Assembly (NCBI GenBank): GCA_026936335.1
Contig: JAPMXV010000030.1
Location: 124,001 to 188,000 of the forward strand
Origin: Mantamonas sphyraenae STR306
Lineage: Eukaryota; Protista; CRuMs
Reading direction: 5' to 3'
Length of the DNA stretch: 64,000 nt
In this document: positions 26,868 through 38,628 of the stretch, one piece after another
Numbering within the stretch: the stretch's first letter is position 1
Layout of the letters: each line of letters starts with the position of its first letter
Notes under the pieces: generated by a model
The model's input: only the letters and a program-made list of their open reading frames with translations
Databases searched by the model: none
What the model was told of the DNA's origin: nothing
Position numbers and translations under genes: made by a program

Positions 26868-27797
26868 ATGCCGTCTGTAGCGTGGACCCGAGTGGTGGCG
26901 ATTGGTGTGTGTGCAGCCCTGGGGGTCCTTGTGCGAAGCACACTGAAGGGCCTTGTGCAGGAAACGCGAGTGGGCGACAGCACGCGTGTGTTGTTTGACG
27001 ACCTGAATGCAAACGTGCTTGGATCTTGGGTGTTGGGTGCCTTGACGGTGTTGAAGCAGCGCGGACGAGTGCAGGCACTTGTGGCCAGCGCAGTGGGCAC
27101 AGGCTTTTGCGGCTCGTTGACAACGTTGTCTGCGTGGATCCAGCACACAGCAGCGGTGCTTGTGACAGGCGACGTGATGGCGGCTTGGATTAACGTCATG
27201 GTGGGCATGCTTGGCTGTGTGGCAGCCTTCCGCATGGGCATGCACTCGGCCACACTGTGGCTGGGCGAAGAGCAGCCCGAACTCGCGGACGTAAGGCTCT
27301 CCCAGGAGGGCCATGTCAAGGATCGGGCACCGGAAGGGCGCTTAAAGTGGATTCTAGCTGCTGTGGCCACTGTTGCGCTGACAGGGATCATGTTTGCATT
27401 TGGCAGCACGCAGCTGCAGGCATTTTCGCTGCTGTGTGCGCCGTTTGGAGCCTGGGTCCGCTGGAAGGTGGGGGAGATGCTGAACAAGGACCAGCAAATG
27501 CCCATGGGCACTCTGGTTGTCAATGTGGCCGGCACTGTGATGCTTGCGGTGTTGTCTGTGGCATATGTGCCGAGCAGCGGCAAGATGTGGGCTGCGCGAA
27601 CACCCGGGTCGCTGGATGCCTTTGTGCTGGGTGTTGGCGTGGGCTTCTGCGGTGCAGTGACAACAGTGAGCAGCTTTGTGGGAGAAGTGGTGGTGAAATT
27701 GCAAGACATGGCACTGGCTGGAAGGTATGTGGCGATCACTCTGGCGACGACGCTGAGCACAGCCGCTCTGGTGAATGGACTGGCAGCATCTGCGTGA
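26868..27797 (+). CDS. Fluoride exporter, FEX type (two fused CrcB/Fluc domains)
   Basis: Two CrcB signatures, NVLGSW...GTGFCGSLTT and GTLVVNVAGT...GVGFCGAVTTVSSF; multiple TM helices. Confidence 0.9.
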   Translation: MPSVAWTRVVAIGVCAALGVLVRSTLKGLVQETRVGDSTRVLFDDLNANVLGSWVLGALTVLKQRGRVQALVASAVGTGFCGSLTTLSAWIQHTAAVLVTGDVMAAWINVMVGMLGCVAAFRMGMHSATLWLGEEQPELADVRLSQEGHVKDRAPEGRLKWILAAVATVALTGIMFAFGSTQLQAFSLLCAPFGAWVRWKVGEMLNKDQQMPMGTLVVNVAGTVMLAVLSVAYVPSSGKMWAARTPGSLDAFVLGVGVGFCGAVTTVSSFVGEVVVKLQDMALAGRYVAITLATTLSTAALVNGLAASA

Positions 27798-27847
27798 CGG
27801 GCAACAGCTCCAGTGCTGGACCACAGTTTGTTGCTTCATTGGTGCTG

Positions 27848-28576
<729 letters not shown>

Positions 28577-28835
28577 TTGGTTGCAATTGAGCGTGAACGT
28601 GGCTCCACCCTTGAGAACAACGCCCAGAAACACATAGAATGTTCACCAAGACATGATTTCGCTCTTCTGCGGGTTCTTACGGTTCGATCATGCGTAAGTG
28701 CACCATGTTGAACAAGCTCGCTGTGTTTGCAGAACGATTCCTCGCAAGAGCCGCGAGGACCCTGGGACACTGAAATGAATGTTGTCAACGCCACCCTACA
28801 CGTTGGAATGAGAATGTACGAGTGACTGCTGGACT

Positions 28836-31800
28836 ATGCGCCGTGGTCGCCAAAACAACATGCGCTTCCGTTGGTTCTTCTTCATGTTGGTTCTCTTGCT
28901 GCTGTGTGATGAGGGCGGCAAGAGGGGTCGAGAAGATGAAGACACACGGGATGAGGTATCTCATTCACCGCGTAGCGTGGAGGCTCGGGAAAATAGACGT
29001 GAACGAAGGAGCAGGCAAACGTTGGAGTGGCGACAGCAGAAACGGCAACGTGTACAGAACCAAGAGACACATTCCAGGGGAGGTCGCGCATCCCGTGCAT
29101 CCCGCAGCGCATCCCGAGGCCGTCGAGGCCGTGCATCTCGTTCAACGTCTTCAGCTTCCTCCTCGAGCAGCAGTGGCAGTGAGCGAGTACGTTGAATTCC
29201 GCCTCACTCAATTCCGTTTGCTGCGGCTCACACACGTGTGGGACCCCTCACGACACACACACACACACACACTCGTCAGCAAACTGAGGCAGACAGCAAA
29301 GGCAAAGACCCCATGGATACCGATATCGAGGTCGAGCCGGAGTCAGAATGGGTTTCCTCCTCGTGGCACACCGTCAAACCTAGAAGGCCCACCAGGCAAC
29401 GGAGCAAACACCGCTTTGTACGCACGACCTTTCTCGACGACATTCGAACAGATCAAGCACGGCAGATGTACACGGCGCTCAAAACTGGCGAAAGCACGCC
29501 AAAGCAGAAAAAGCAGCCCAAACGGTGGGCGCAGGCGAGAGTGCAGTACCCCGAGCAGACGGAGTTTCTGCATCACATCAGTACCACAAAATGCCAAGCC
29601 AGCCCCACGTTGCTGAGACGCGCCAAGGAAGCACGCAAGCGGTTCACGACCCAAGTTTGGCCTTTTCTCAAGCAAACACGCCGCTCACGCTCGCGGCGAA
29701 ACGATGACCTGTGCTGGCTCAGCATCAGCCACTTGCTGAAGGCATCTCTCATTCACGGTGGCCGCGTCTACGCAATGTCTGAGTATGCGCTGTGCATTGA
29801 AGTAGCCCGCAAGGGCGACGCGTGTGAGTGCACACTTGCTGCGGCGAGGCTCTCTGCCAAAGAGGTGGCGAGGTACGTGGGGAAGCACTTTGGCCGAACA
29901 TACAGCGCTCGTATGATAGGCCGAACAAGCGATTCCTGTCCTTCCTTTCACGTCAAGCCGGGACACGCCAACGCCTCTGTCGCCAGCGAAGCATCAACGG
30001 CGAAGCGTGCCAAGCCTTACGGTCAAGCTGGTGCTCGCGTGCCTCTTCCTGCACCGAAACCAGCAACATTGGGGGACTACAACGCCGTTGTGCTGACCAA
30101 CGCCGGCAATGCTCTCGATCGGCAGCTGGACGTGAACTCCAGTGGCGATGACATCGTAGAGGCGCTTGCTCGCATGTCAACCGAGGGTATGACCACGTAC
30201 GTCCCACTGGAGTGTACCAACCCGCCTGAGGGCCGTCCTGTGAGGACGTGGAGCTTTGTCTCAGCCGCGTTCGCAGAAACGGCCACCCTGGCTAAACTTG
30301 TCCGGTCCGTGCGTCCGCTTGTCCAGCGCTTTGCCGACGACATTGAAGTTGCTGGGTTCGACCACTTCATACTCGGCGGCGTGGAGGATGGCAGCGCCAA
30401 GGAAGGCAGCGTCGAGGAGGCGGGGATGGATTTGGTTGTGGCGGCCATTCAAGCGATCCCTGCATCATTCCGGCAGGAGCTGGACGCGCACGTACACACG
30501 TACACCAAAAAACACCGGCTGCGTGGGCTGTACGAGACCCTGAGGAGTGCGGACAACGACCGCGTTTCAATCAGCGACGACGGGAACGTTTGGGTGGACC
30601 AGCGCCTCTGCGTGTGGGCAACAGACGATGCAAACCTGTGCGCCATTCAGCACGCCGCAGATGCACTCGTGGTGGGTGCAGACGCTTGTGCACTCATGGC
30701 GAGAGGCGTCCGGTGCGGCTGGTGCCGGCAGGACAACTGGAACGAGTACCTTGCTGGCAACACAGTCGATCTGAGAGCTGTGCACGTGGGCAACGACAGC
30801 ACAAACGCACGCTTCTTCACGTATGCGCTTTTGGGTGGAACCTGTGCGGGCGCCATTGTACAGCGTGCTCCCGTTGGCCTTCTCCAGTACCATCACGAAC
30901 GCATCTGCGACTGTGTACAGCGCGTTGCCGAACAACAACAGAAGTGGTGTGTACAGAACGCTGTGGACCAAATCATTCATTCCAACGTGCAGGCTTCCAC
31001 GCTTGAACCGACAGCGCCTGCTTGTGGACGCGCGTCAGATGATCAAATCAAGGATGCCAGGAGCGGCATGGTGGAACAGGTGACCTTGCTGGCCGAGACG
31101 CTGGGGGTACAAATCGATGACGAACGGGAAAACGACGTCACCATGGACGAGGATGCGTTCGCCAAGGCATACAGGGTCTGGAAGGCCGACGCCAGCGCAG
31201 ATGACGAAGATGTGCAAACCGTGGAGGTGGACCAGGTCGCTGACGACGCAGTGGAGTCGGGTATGGAGACAGAGGACCTTGAGAATGGTGTCCAGGATGT
31301 CCAGGATGAAGAGGCGTTTGTAAAGGCCTGGGAGGCCGACGGAAGAGCCGGGGCGGAAGAAGAAGACTTGGAAAACGAAGTGGAGTCGGATGAGATGCAG
31401 ACAGAGGACATGCAAGAGGCACATGCAATGCCCAGCACACGTGAGGACACATATGCCACCTCCAGCGCCCACAGCGCCGGCGAGCTGCGTCCGGCAATGA
31501 GCGACGATTCGGGCGGTCTGCGTCTCGCGTTGGCATCCGTTCGCCCGGCCATGCGAACAAGGACCAGTACGCAGCTCAAGTATGTCATGCGCCAACTGTG
31601 TGCGGATTACTCTTTGGCGTCGTCCGTGGACAAGTTGATGGAGCTGGCGAGGAACACGCGGGTGCCGGAGCACAAACCAAACCAAACGGCACCTGCACCT
31701 CCCCCGGGCCCATCAATAGCGCTCAGGGACGGTGTGGTGAACGCCAGGACATACACCATTCGTGTCGACAGCGACGATGGTAGGATGTCGGACATCGTCG

Positions 31801-34748
31801 ATGCGTTTGCAGCTCAAGGACGGCTTCAGCTGGGTGCTCAAGAGCGTGCCTCGCTCGACCACGCGATTGAACGGCAGACTGAGCTGCAGGAGGAGATTGA
31901 AAAGGCAAAGAAGAAGGCAAAAAGGTACGACAACATGCAGCAGTTCGAGCAGGCAGTGGAACAGAAGCGAGAGGAGCTGCTCGCGGATGTCGAGGCGGGA
32001 AGACTTGATTCATGCAGCAACAGCGACGAGGTGGAGACACTGTGTGACTCGATGTTGGCCAAGGGCACCTACTTGAAGGGCCGTTTGGCCAAACTGCTCT
32101 GTGGCAAGGATGTCTGCTACGTACAGGAGTCAAGCAAAGAGGACAATGAGGATGAGATTGACGAGGCGCGCACAGCTGAGCGTGAATCGTTCTACAAGCT
32201 TGGACGGAAGGTTGCAGCACTGCTAAACGACAGCCGCCCGACCGAGGAACAGGCGTTGTCTGGTGTGTACGGCATGCATGACGGCCGTGGACAGGGAGGC
32301 GTGGAACGAGTGATGGGACTGGCGGGAACAGCCACGACCGTGGCACGTGGGAGTATTCAGGACGCAGCGGACAGCAGGATGTCTGAGAGCCAACGCCACG
32401 AATTGGAAGCAGTCCTGGTCGACACTCACAGCAGCTTTGTTAAAGCACGGGAGCGCTTGTACGGAGTGTTGTGCGCCCATATTGCGAGTCCATACTACAA
32501 CGGCCTGGAGCTTGAGAAGCAGCGTCAGCAACTCGAGAATCTGCTGGCTGAGGGGTCAGCTGCACGTCAGATGAGGACCATGTGGAACCTTGCGACCAGA
32601 CACTGGACGTCATCGGTGAAGAGAATGGTATGCGATGCTGTGCCGGAGCTCCCGCGGAAGCTGACAGAGGTGGCATGCGCATACGTGTCGGGGATGTCAC
32701 TCGCAGCATGGAAGAAGAGGGTGAAAGCAGAGGAGGTCGAGGAGGTGGACGACGATGGAGAACCGGAAGCGGACCAGGATAACGAGCACGATCGAGATGA
32801 GGACCAAGACCAGGACCATGAAGATGAAGAGGCGCATGTGGTTGCGCAGCAGCAGCAGATGGACTGGAGGACGCAGCTGCAGCCGCTGAAGGACAAGGTG
32901 AGCAAGGTCGTGGCTGGCTCGCCTTTGCTCTCAAAGGCAAAGGAGGACGAGAAGAACCAGGCCCGTGTCGCGTCCTACATCTGTCTGCTCAAATTGGAGG
33001 CTGAGCAATGTGGCCACGCTGTCCAGCTTGTACCTCGCCCACGCGCGACTGCACGCTGTACGGTTTCGGTATCGGGGTACGATCTAAAGTTTAAGCTGTT
33101 TCGGGTCGCGTACAACTTTCTGAAGCACTTGAGTACGAGGGAAGGCGAAGCAGCAGCAGCAGCAGCAGCAGCCGCCACCGCGATCATCGAGACGTTGCCC
33201 TGGGATGAGCGAGCAAAGTCAAACGTGCTCGCTCGCCAGCTCAACCAGCTTATTGTGGACCACGCTGCTGTTCTGTGCCCAGGTTCACAGCGTGCACTGG
33301 AGAGGATCAAAGGGCGAACACATGTCGGCATGTTGAGAACGGAAGCTGGATGGGCAGCCCACCGGGGTGACCTTGTAAACGCAGTCACCATGCTCGTTCC
33401 ACCGGGGCTCTGGAACTCAGACACAGGGCAGGAGACTCGAGGGCAGGGGATCACCCTCGGTGGCAACGACGGCCGATCGATCTATCAAACTGTCTACGCC
33501 CCGCATAGCCTGGCTGTTGGAGCCCGTCGAAAGCTGAAAGGGGCTCAGGGCTGCGTGGCAGCATCAGACGTCGACGAGGCACTGCGTGTCGCATGTGTCC
33601 GTGTTGGGTTCGACGCGAAGGGTCGGGTGCGGGATCTATCGTGGTTCCACGTCATGCATATGGCGAGCCTCTTTTATCAAGCGTACGGCAGAGCGGCCAT
33701 GCCCAAGCTGGAGCAGTGGTTTGAAGAGTCTGGTGTCGACGAGAGCAGCCTTACAGCCGCCATGCAGCACCTAGGTGCGGAGTGCAAGCCATCGCAAACT
33801 TCTGCTGGCAAGCGCACTGGAATCTTGCTTGAGTCAGACAAACAGGTGGCCCGTACACTAGGGCAGAACGATTTGTGGACGCCTGCTGGTATACCTGTAA
33901 TCGGGATGGACCCCAACGTTGACTGCACCAGCTGCGTCGCTGTCTTTCACCACAACAAGATGTCAGCGACACTCGATCGCGACAATGTTCTGCACGTGGA
34001 CGCAGGTATCTACTTTTCATTGCCAACACCATCTTACAGACACATGCTGCGGACCAGTCAGCTCAGGAAGAAGCAGAACGTACTGTCCCAGGCTGCCACG
34101 GAAGCAGTCAGAAGATGCAGAGAGTCATCAGCAGCAGCGGCGTCCTCCCGACGTACGCTACGATCCAACGCACGATCATCATCCTCCTCCTCATCATCAT
34201 CACCATCATCATCTGCTTCTTCTACCCCGACATGGCAAGAACTGAACCAAGCAAAGCGGGAAGAGTTTGCAAAGGCAGACAAGAACGTCGTCGACGCGCA
34301 TCACTACGAGCACCGCAAGCTCCGCAACAGGTACCTTGCTGGCATCTCGGCCTCCATCTCGGACATCGACAGGCTGTCGCAGCAGCGCTCCCTGCTTGCC
34401 TTTGGCAACGGACGCTTCAGCGCGCGTGTGCCTCTGGCTGATGTGAAGAGGCACCTGAGCCGAACCCACACGGTCGTGGTCACACGCGAGGCGTACACCT
34501 CTGCTCTGTGCCGCGAGTGTGGACACCAGGTGACCCTGAGTCCCAAGTCATACACAAGACGCGGTTGTAGCCGGAGATGGTGGGACTGCGCACGCTGCGA
34601 ACGCTGGGCGCAGCACAAGGACACGGACGCCGCAGTGACCATCGCCACCCTGTTGGTGCTGGCCATCTCGGGCGTGGACAGGAAGACTCACACAAAGCTG
34701 TCATCGAGGAGGTGGCGCAAGCAACGGGCGCAACTGCGCAAGAAGTAA
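28836..34748 (+). CDS. Giant Fanzor1-like (TnpB-derived) RuvC endonuclease with N-terminal release-factor-like region; one predicted intron 29187-29279
   Basis: RuvC-I VIGMDPN (D at 33909); LLAFGNG; VVVTREAYTSALCREC (relocated catalytic E at 34488 plus CxxC); CARC; RuvC-III HKDTDAA (D at 34620); upstream NDGRSI resembles Fanzor TDGxS. ORF 28836-29195 is in frame with ORF 29238-34748 across a 93-nt GTACGT...CAG intron. Confidence 0.85.
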
Positions 34749-34781
34749 GAGTGAATCGAACAATCGCACAAAACAACACAG

Positions 34782-34787
34782 AATAAA
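34782..34787 (+). promoter_or_regulatory. AATAAA polyadenylation-like signal after the Fanzor-like stop codon
   Basis: AATAAA 33 nt downstream of the TAA in an otherwise GC-rich context. Confidence 0.4.
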
Positions 34788-34807
34788 GGCGGGCGGGGCG
34801 ACGGGCG

Positions 34808-34913
34808 GGTGACGGCAGGGATTTGCGACCGACTACCATCGAAAGGATGGATTTTTATTGTTTTTCAACAAAGCACAGCAGTGTTCACGGTCGGTCGCAA
34901 AGGCCTGCTCATC
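34808..34913 (+). ncRNA. Candidate structured RNA (putative omegaRNA scaffold or element right end) downstream of the Fanzor-like ORF
   Basis: Perfect 12-bp inverted repeat TTTGCGACCGAC (34822-34833) / GTCGGTCGCAAA (34890-34901), extended by GCAGG/CCTGC and GGTGA/TCATC, enclosing three short hairpins. Confidence 0.45.
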
Positions 34914-34958
34914 GGTACGGTTGCACGGCACCTCCCAACCAAACATTGCTCCCCGGCC

Positions 34959-36977
34959 ATGCCCAGCAAGCTGAAAAGACCCGGGTTCAACCTACACATA
35001 TCCACGGGTGTGGGCAACGACGACATGCTGTCTCCACAGCCGTCGTCGTCGTCACCCACCACGGAGGAGGGCCCCGGGTTTGGCAGCAGCAGCAACAGCA
35101 ACACGACGACCACGACGACGGGCCAGGGCCACAAGCGCACCAAGTCCAAGTCGAAGATGTCTGCACGTGCCAAGGGTCTGACCATCACCACGGTACACTC
35201 GGAGCCCATCCGGGACACGAGTGGCGGCAGTGGCAGCGCAGGAGGCCTGGTGACCATCAACAGCTTCGACGACGACGGCAGTGGCGACGTCAAACGTAGC
35301 TACTCCTTGTATGTGTGTGCGATGGCGTGTGGCGTGCGAGGCTGTGCCACTGGGTGTGTGGATGGGTGTGACACGGCCGCAGGCAAGGCGGATAAAAAAC
35401 GAGCGTGGGGACGAAGAGGGATCTGTGTGTGTGAGCCGAGAGTTCCACCGCCCACATTCTGACTCGGACGCAAACGCGGGCACACAGGTCAAACTCGGGC
35501 ACATTCAAGCAGGGAGAGCTGACAATCAACCAACAGGGGATCATGATGGGTGGAGAGACGCCTGTGACTCGGCACAAGCGCAGTAGCAGCGTGGATGTGA
35601 ACGAGTTGGAAGGAGGCGGCTTCTCCAGCGGCAGCAGCGATCTGCTCACAACTCCGTGCGTTTCCCTTTTGCCACATGCTTGCCTGTTCCTTTTTGCCCA
35701 AAGGGCCCATGTGCCTGTCCAGACCCGCTTACACCTGTGAGTCTCGTCGTCGCTCCTGTGCACCCACATTCTCTCTACACACAGCACGGAAGAGGGCAGG
35801 CCTTCAAGCAGCAGCAGTGTGCGCTCGACCAGCAGCAGCACGTCCGAGTCATCGCAGGCCGCAGCGGCCAAGCGAGAGGAGGAACTGAGGTTGATGAGTG
35901 AAATGACCCTGGACGATATCGAACAGGGCCCTGTGGTCGGACGCGGCGCAGGTGGAATGGTGAAAAAGGCCACCCACATCCCCACCGGCCGCCAGTTTGC
36001 TCTCAAGGTCAGTCGCCTTGCACGGGACATCGGACATGCACACGCGCACGAGGATGCGTTTGCATGCACCGTACCATTCCACGCAGCCCTGGGCTCACAC
36101 CACCCGCCGCCACTGTGCCTATGCCCACCCGCAGATCATTGCTCTCGACGTAGGTGAGGAGCAAATCCGCAAACAGATCATGAACGAGCTCAAGACACTG
36201 TGGAACAGCGACTGCAACGAGATCATCGAATTCTATCACGCCTTTTACTCGGAGGGCAACATTCACATTGCACTGGAGTACATGGACGGCGGCTCGCTGC
36301 TGGACATGCTCAAGCTGGCGGGCAAGATCCCAGAGCACATTCTGAGTGCCATGACACGCAAGGTGCTCACCGGTTTGTTCCATCTGCACAAAAGCAGGCA
36401 CACCATCCACAGGGACCTCAAGCCGTCCAACGTCTTGCTCAACTCGAACGGGGACGTGAAGCTGGCGGACTTTGGCGTGAGCGGCCAGCTGGCATCGACA
36501 CTATGCAAGGCACAGTCATTTGTGGGCACGGCGACATACATGTCACCCGAACGCATCCGGGCCAAAGAGTACTCGTACGACGCCGACATCTGGAGCCTGG
36601 GCCTGATGACCATCGAGCTGGCCACAGGCCGTTTCCCATACCCTCCCGAGGGCGAGAAGATCGCCAGCTTCTTTGATCTCCTCGACTACATTGTAGAAAA
36701 GCCCGAGCCGAGTCTGAGTGTGGACGACGGCTACTCGGACGATCTGGTAGACTTTGTACAGCAGTGCCTGCAGAAGGAGCGAGAGCAGCGGGCGTCGTCG
36801 GCGGAGCTGCTTGCACACCCATTCATCACCAAGTACGAAGAGGGTGGCGACGAGACTCTGCGCACGTGGGTCATCGATTGCATCGAAGAAAAGCAGCGTA
36901 AGGAGGCGCAGAAGCTGGACGAACTCCGTTCGGGTCTGGGCAGCCGCATCAAGGGCCTGCGCAAGGCCAAGCGATGA
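34959..36977 (+). CDS. MAP kinase kinase (STE7/MEK family), multi-exon
   Basis: N-terminal docking-like KLKRPGFNLHI; VGRGAGGMV...FALK; LEYMDGGSL; IHRDLKPSNVLLNSNGDVKLADFGVSG...SFVGTATYMSPERI. Confidence 0.92.
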
Positions 36978-37083
36978 GTGGTGTGCGATCGACGTGAATG
37001 AATGTCGTGTGCACAAGCCACAAGCAAGAGAGAAGGGAATGCAGTGAGCGAGAGAGCAGGGGTGCAAGTGTTGCATTGCAAAC

Positions 37084-38539
37084 TCAGTCGTCCTTTTCGT
37101 CGTCAGAGCGGATATCCTTCTCGAGTTCGCCAGCCTGGATGGCATCGGCAACCATGTTGATGATGAGGTAGAACCAGTAGAGGTGGAGGCAGAGGAGGAC
37201 GCCAAAGAGGGGCACAGAGGCACGGACGGTGTTGTGGACGTAGTAGCCCTCCTCCTCGATGATGGCCATGCCGTGCTTCATGATGTCGGGGCTAATGGTC
37301 CAGTACGACCAGACGACACCCGGGAAAATAATGAGGCGGGACACGAGGAAGCTGAGGGCAAAGATGGCAAAGAAGGCGTCCTGGCTCTTGTGCTTGGCGT
37401 AGTGGATGACCTTGGTCATGTAGAGGAAGATGTCGGCAAAGTCGTGGAGCATGACGACAATGATGCCGTAGTAGGTGTAGTTCCACAGCAGAGCGGCGCC
37501 GATGAGGTAGGCGGTGACAATGTGGTGGAGCATCATGGCGGGAAAGTCCTTGCGCTTGTCCTCGACCAGCAGGACAATCATGGCTTGCACTGCACAGAGG
37601 TGATGAGGAGACAGGTGGGGGGTTGTGGTATACGCGTGAGTAGGGCATCGGGGACAGGACAAATCTCACACGGCGGCAGAGGACGGGCGCTGTGCAAGGA
37701 GACGCAATTGCCAATCGACGCCGAGAAACTTCCTCGCACGCGAGAACGCGCACTGCACGTACAGTAGAAGCCAACCTGAAAGATCATGTAGATCTTGATG
37801 CCCTGGGTGAGGTCACGGAACGGGTACTGCTCCCACAGCGAAGCCAGGGGCCATTCGAACCAGCCGTTCTGTTGCGTTTCGGAGTGTTTTTCGCGCGTGG
37901 AGAGTGTGAGGCGTTTGTTGCTTGCGCAGTGTGCAAACGCGGACACGAGAAAACTGAAGCAATGGCAATGGGAACATGTGCCTGCGATCAAGACTGCGTG
38001 CAAGCATGGGGGTCCAGGGCATCCAACGTACAGAGATGACGAGGTAGAGCCCAGTGGAGAAGACGGGCAGGTAGTAAAGGAAGAACCATCCCGCTTCGCA
38101 CCCCTTGACAAGCGTGCGCTGCTTCTTGATGCCCACCATCTTGAGGAACGGCTGCGTGGGCGTGCGCGCATGTGTGTAAGGGTGGTGGTGTGTGTGGTCA
38201 CGAGATGGTGGTGTGTGAGCGCGGAGCCATGGTGCGGTGGAAAACCTGAGGGCTCCACCCGCGATCTCCCCGTGAGACAATCGACGTCTGCAGGCGCAGC
38301 ACAGACGCAGTCAAACGCACAGTGATGACAAACTTGAAGGCAACCGAGCGAACAACCAGGAGGACAAGAGCACACAGGAAAATGGGCAGCAGATCCTTGA
38401 AACCACTGCGGTAGTACCCTGGACGACCCTCAATCGGGTAGCTGAGGCGGAAAAAGTCCATCAGCTCCACCTCTGCGATGCGTGACTGCAGGTACTCGCT
38501 AAAAGGCGACGAGTAGTACCAGATCTGAGTGTCGGACAT
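37084..38539 (-). CDS. Ceramide synthase, LAG1/LAC1 (TLC domain), multi-exon
   Basis: Lag1p motif KRKDFPAMMLHHIVT...LHDFADIFLY; WFYLI; DIRSDDE at the C-terminus. Confidence 0.92.
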
Positions 38540-38628
38540 GGACAGTGATTTGGGATTTTGGGTGTGTGGGACGGCGCGGCCGTTTGGTTCTTTCATTGGC
38601 CATTGCATGTAGTGTGCTCCGTGTTTGT

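Noticed and set aside
28739-28759. Hairpin TCCTCGC-N7-GCGAGGA upstream of the Fanzor-like gene as a left-end structure
   Set aside because: A single 7-bp stem in GC-rich DNA is not distinguishable from background without additional copies.
34808-34913. tRNA interpretation of the cloverleaf-like structure
   Set aside because: The closing stem is far too long, there is no TTCRA T-loop or 7-nt anticodon loop, and internal T5 runs would terminate Pol III on the + strand.
28580-34960. Terminal inverted repeats or target-site duplication bounding the Fanzor-like gene
   Set aside because: Only 7-bp matches (TGTTCAC, TACGGTT) are shared between the flanks, which is expected by chance; no transposase motif was recognised, so no mobile element boundaries are called.
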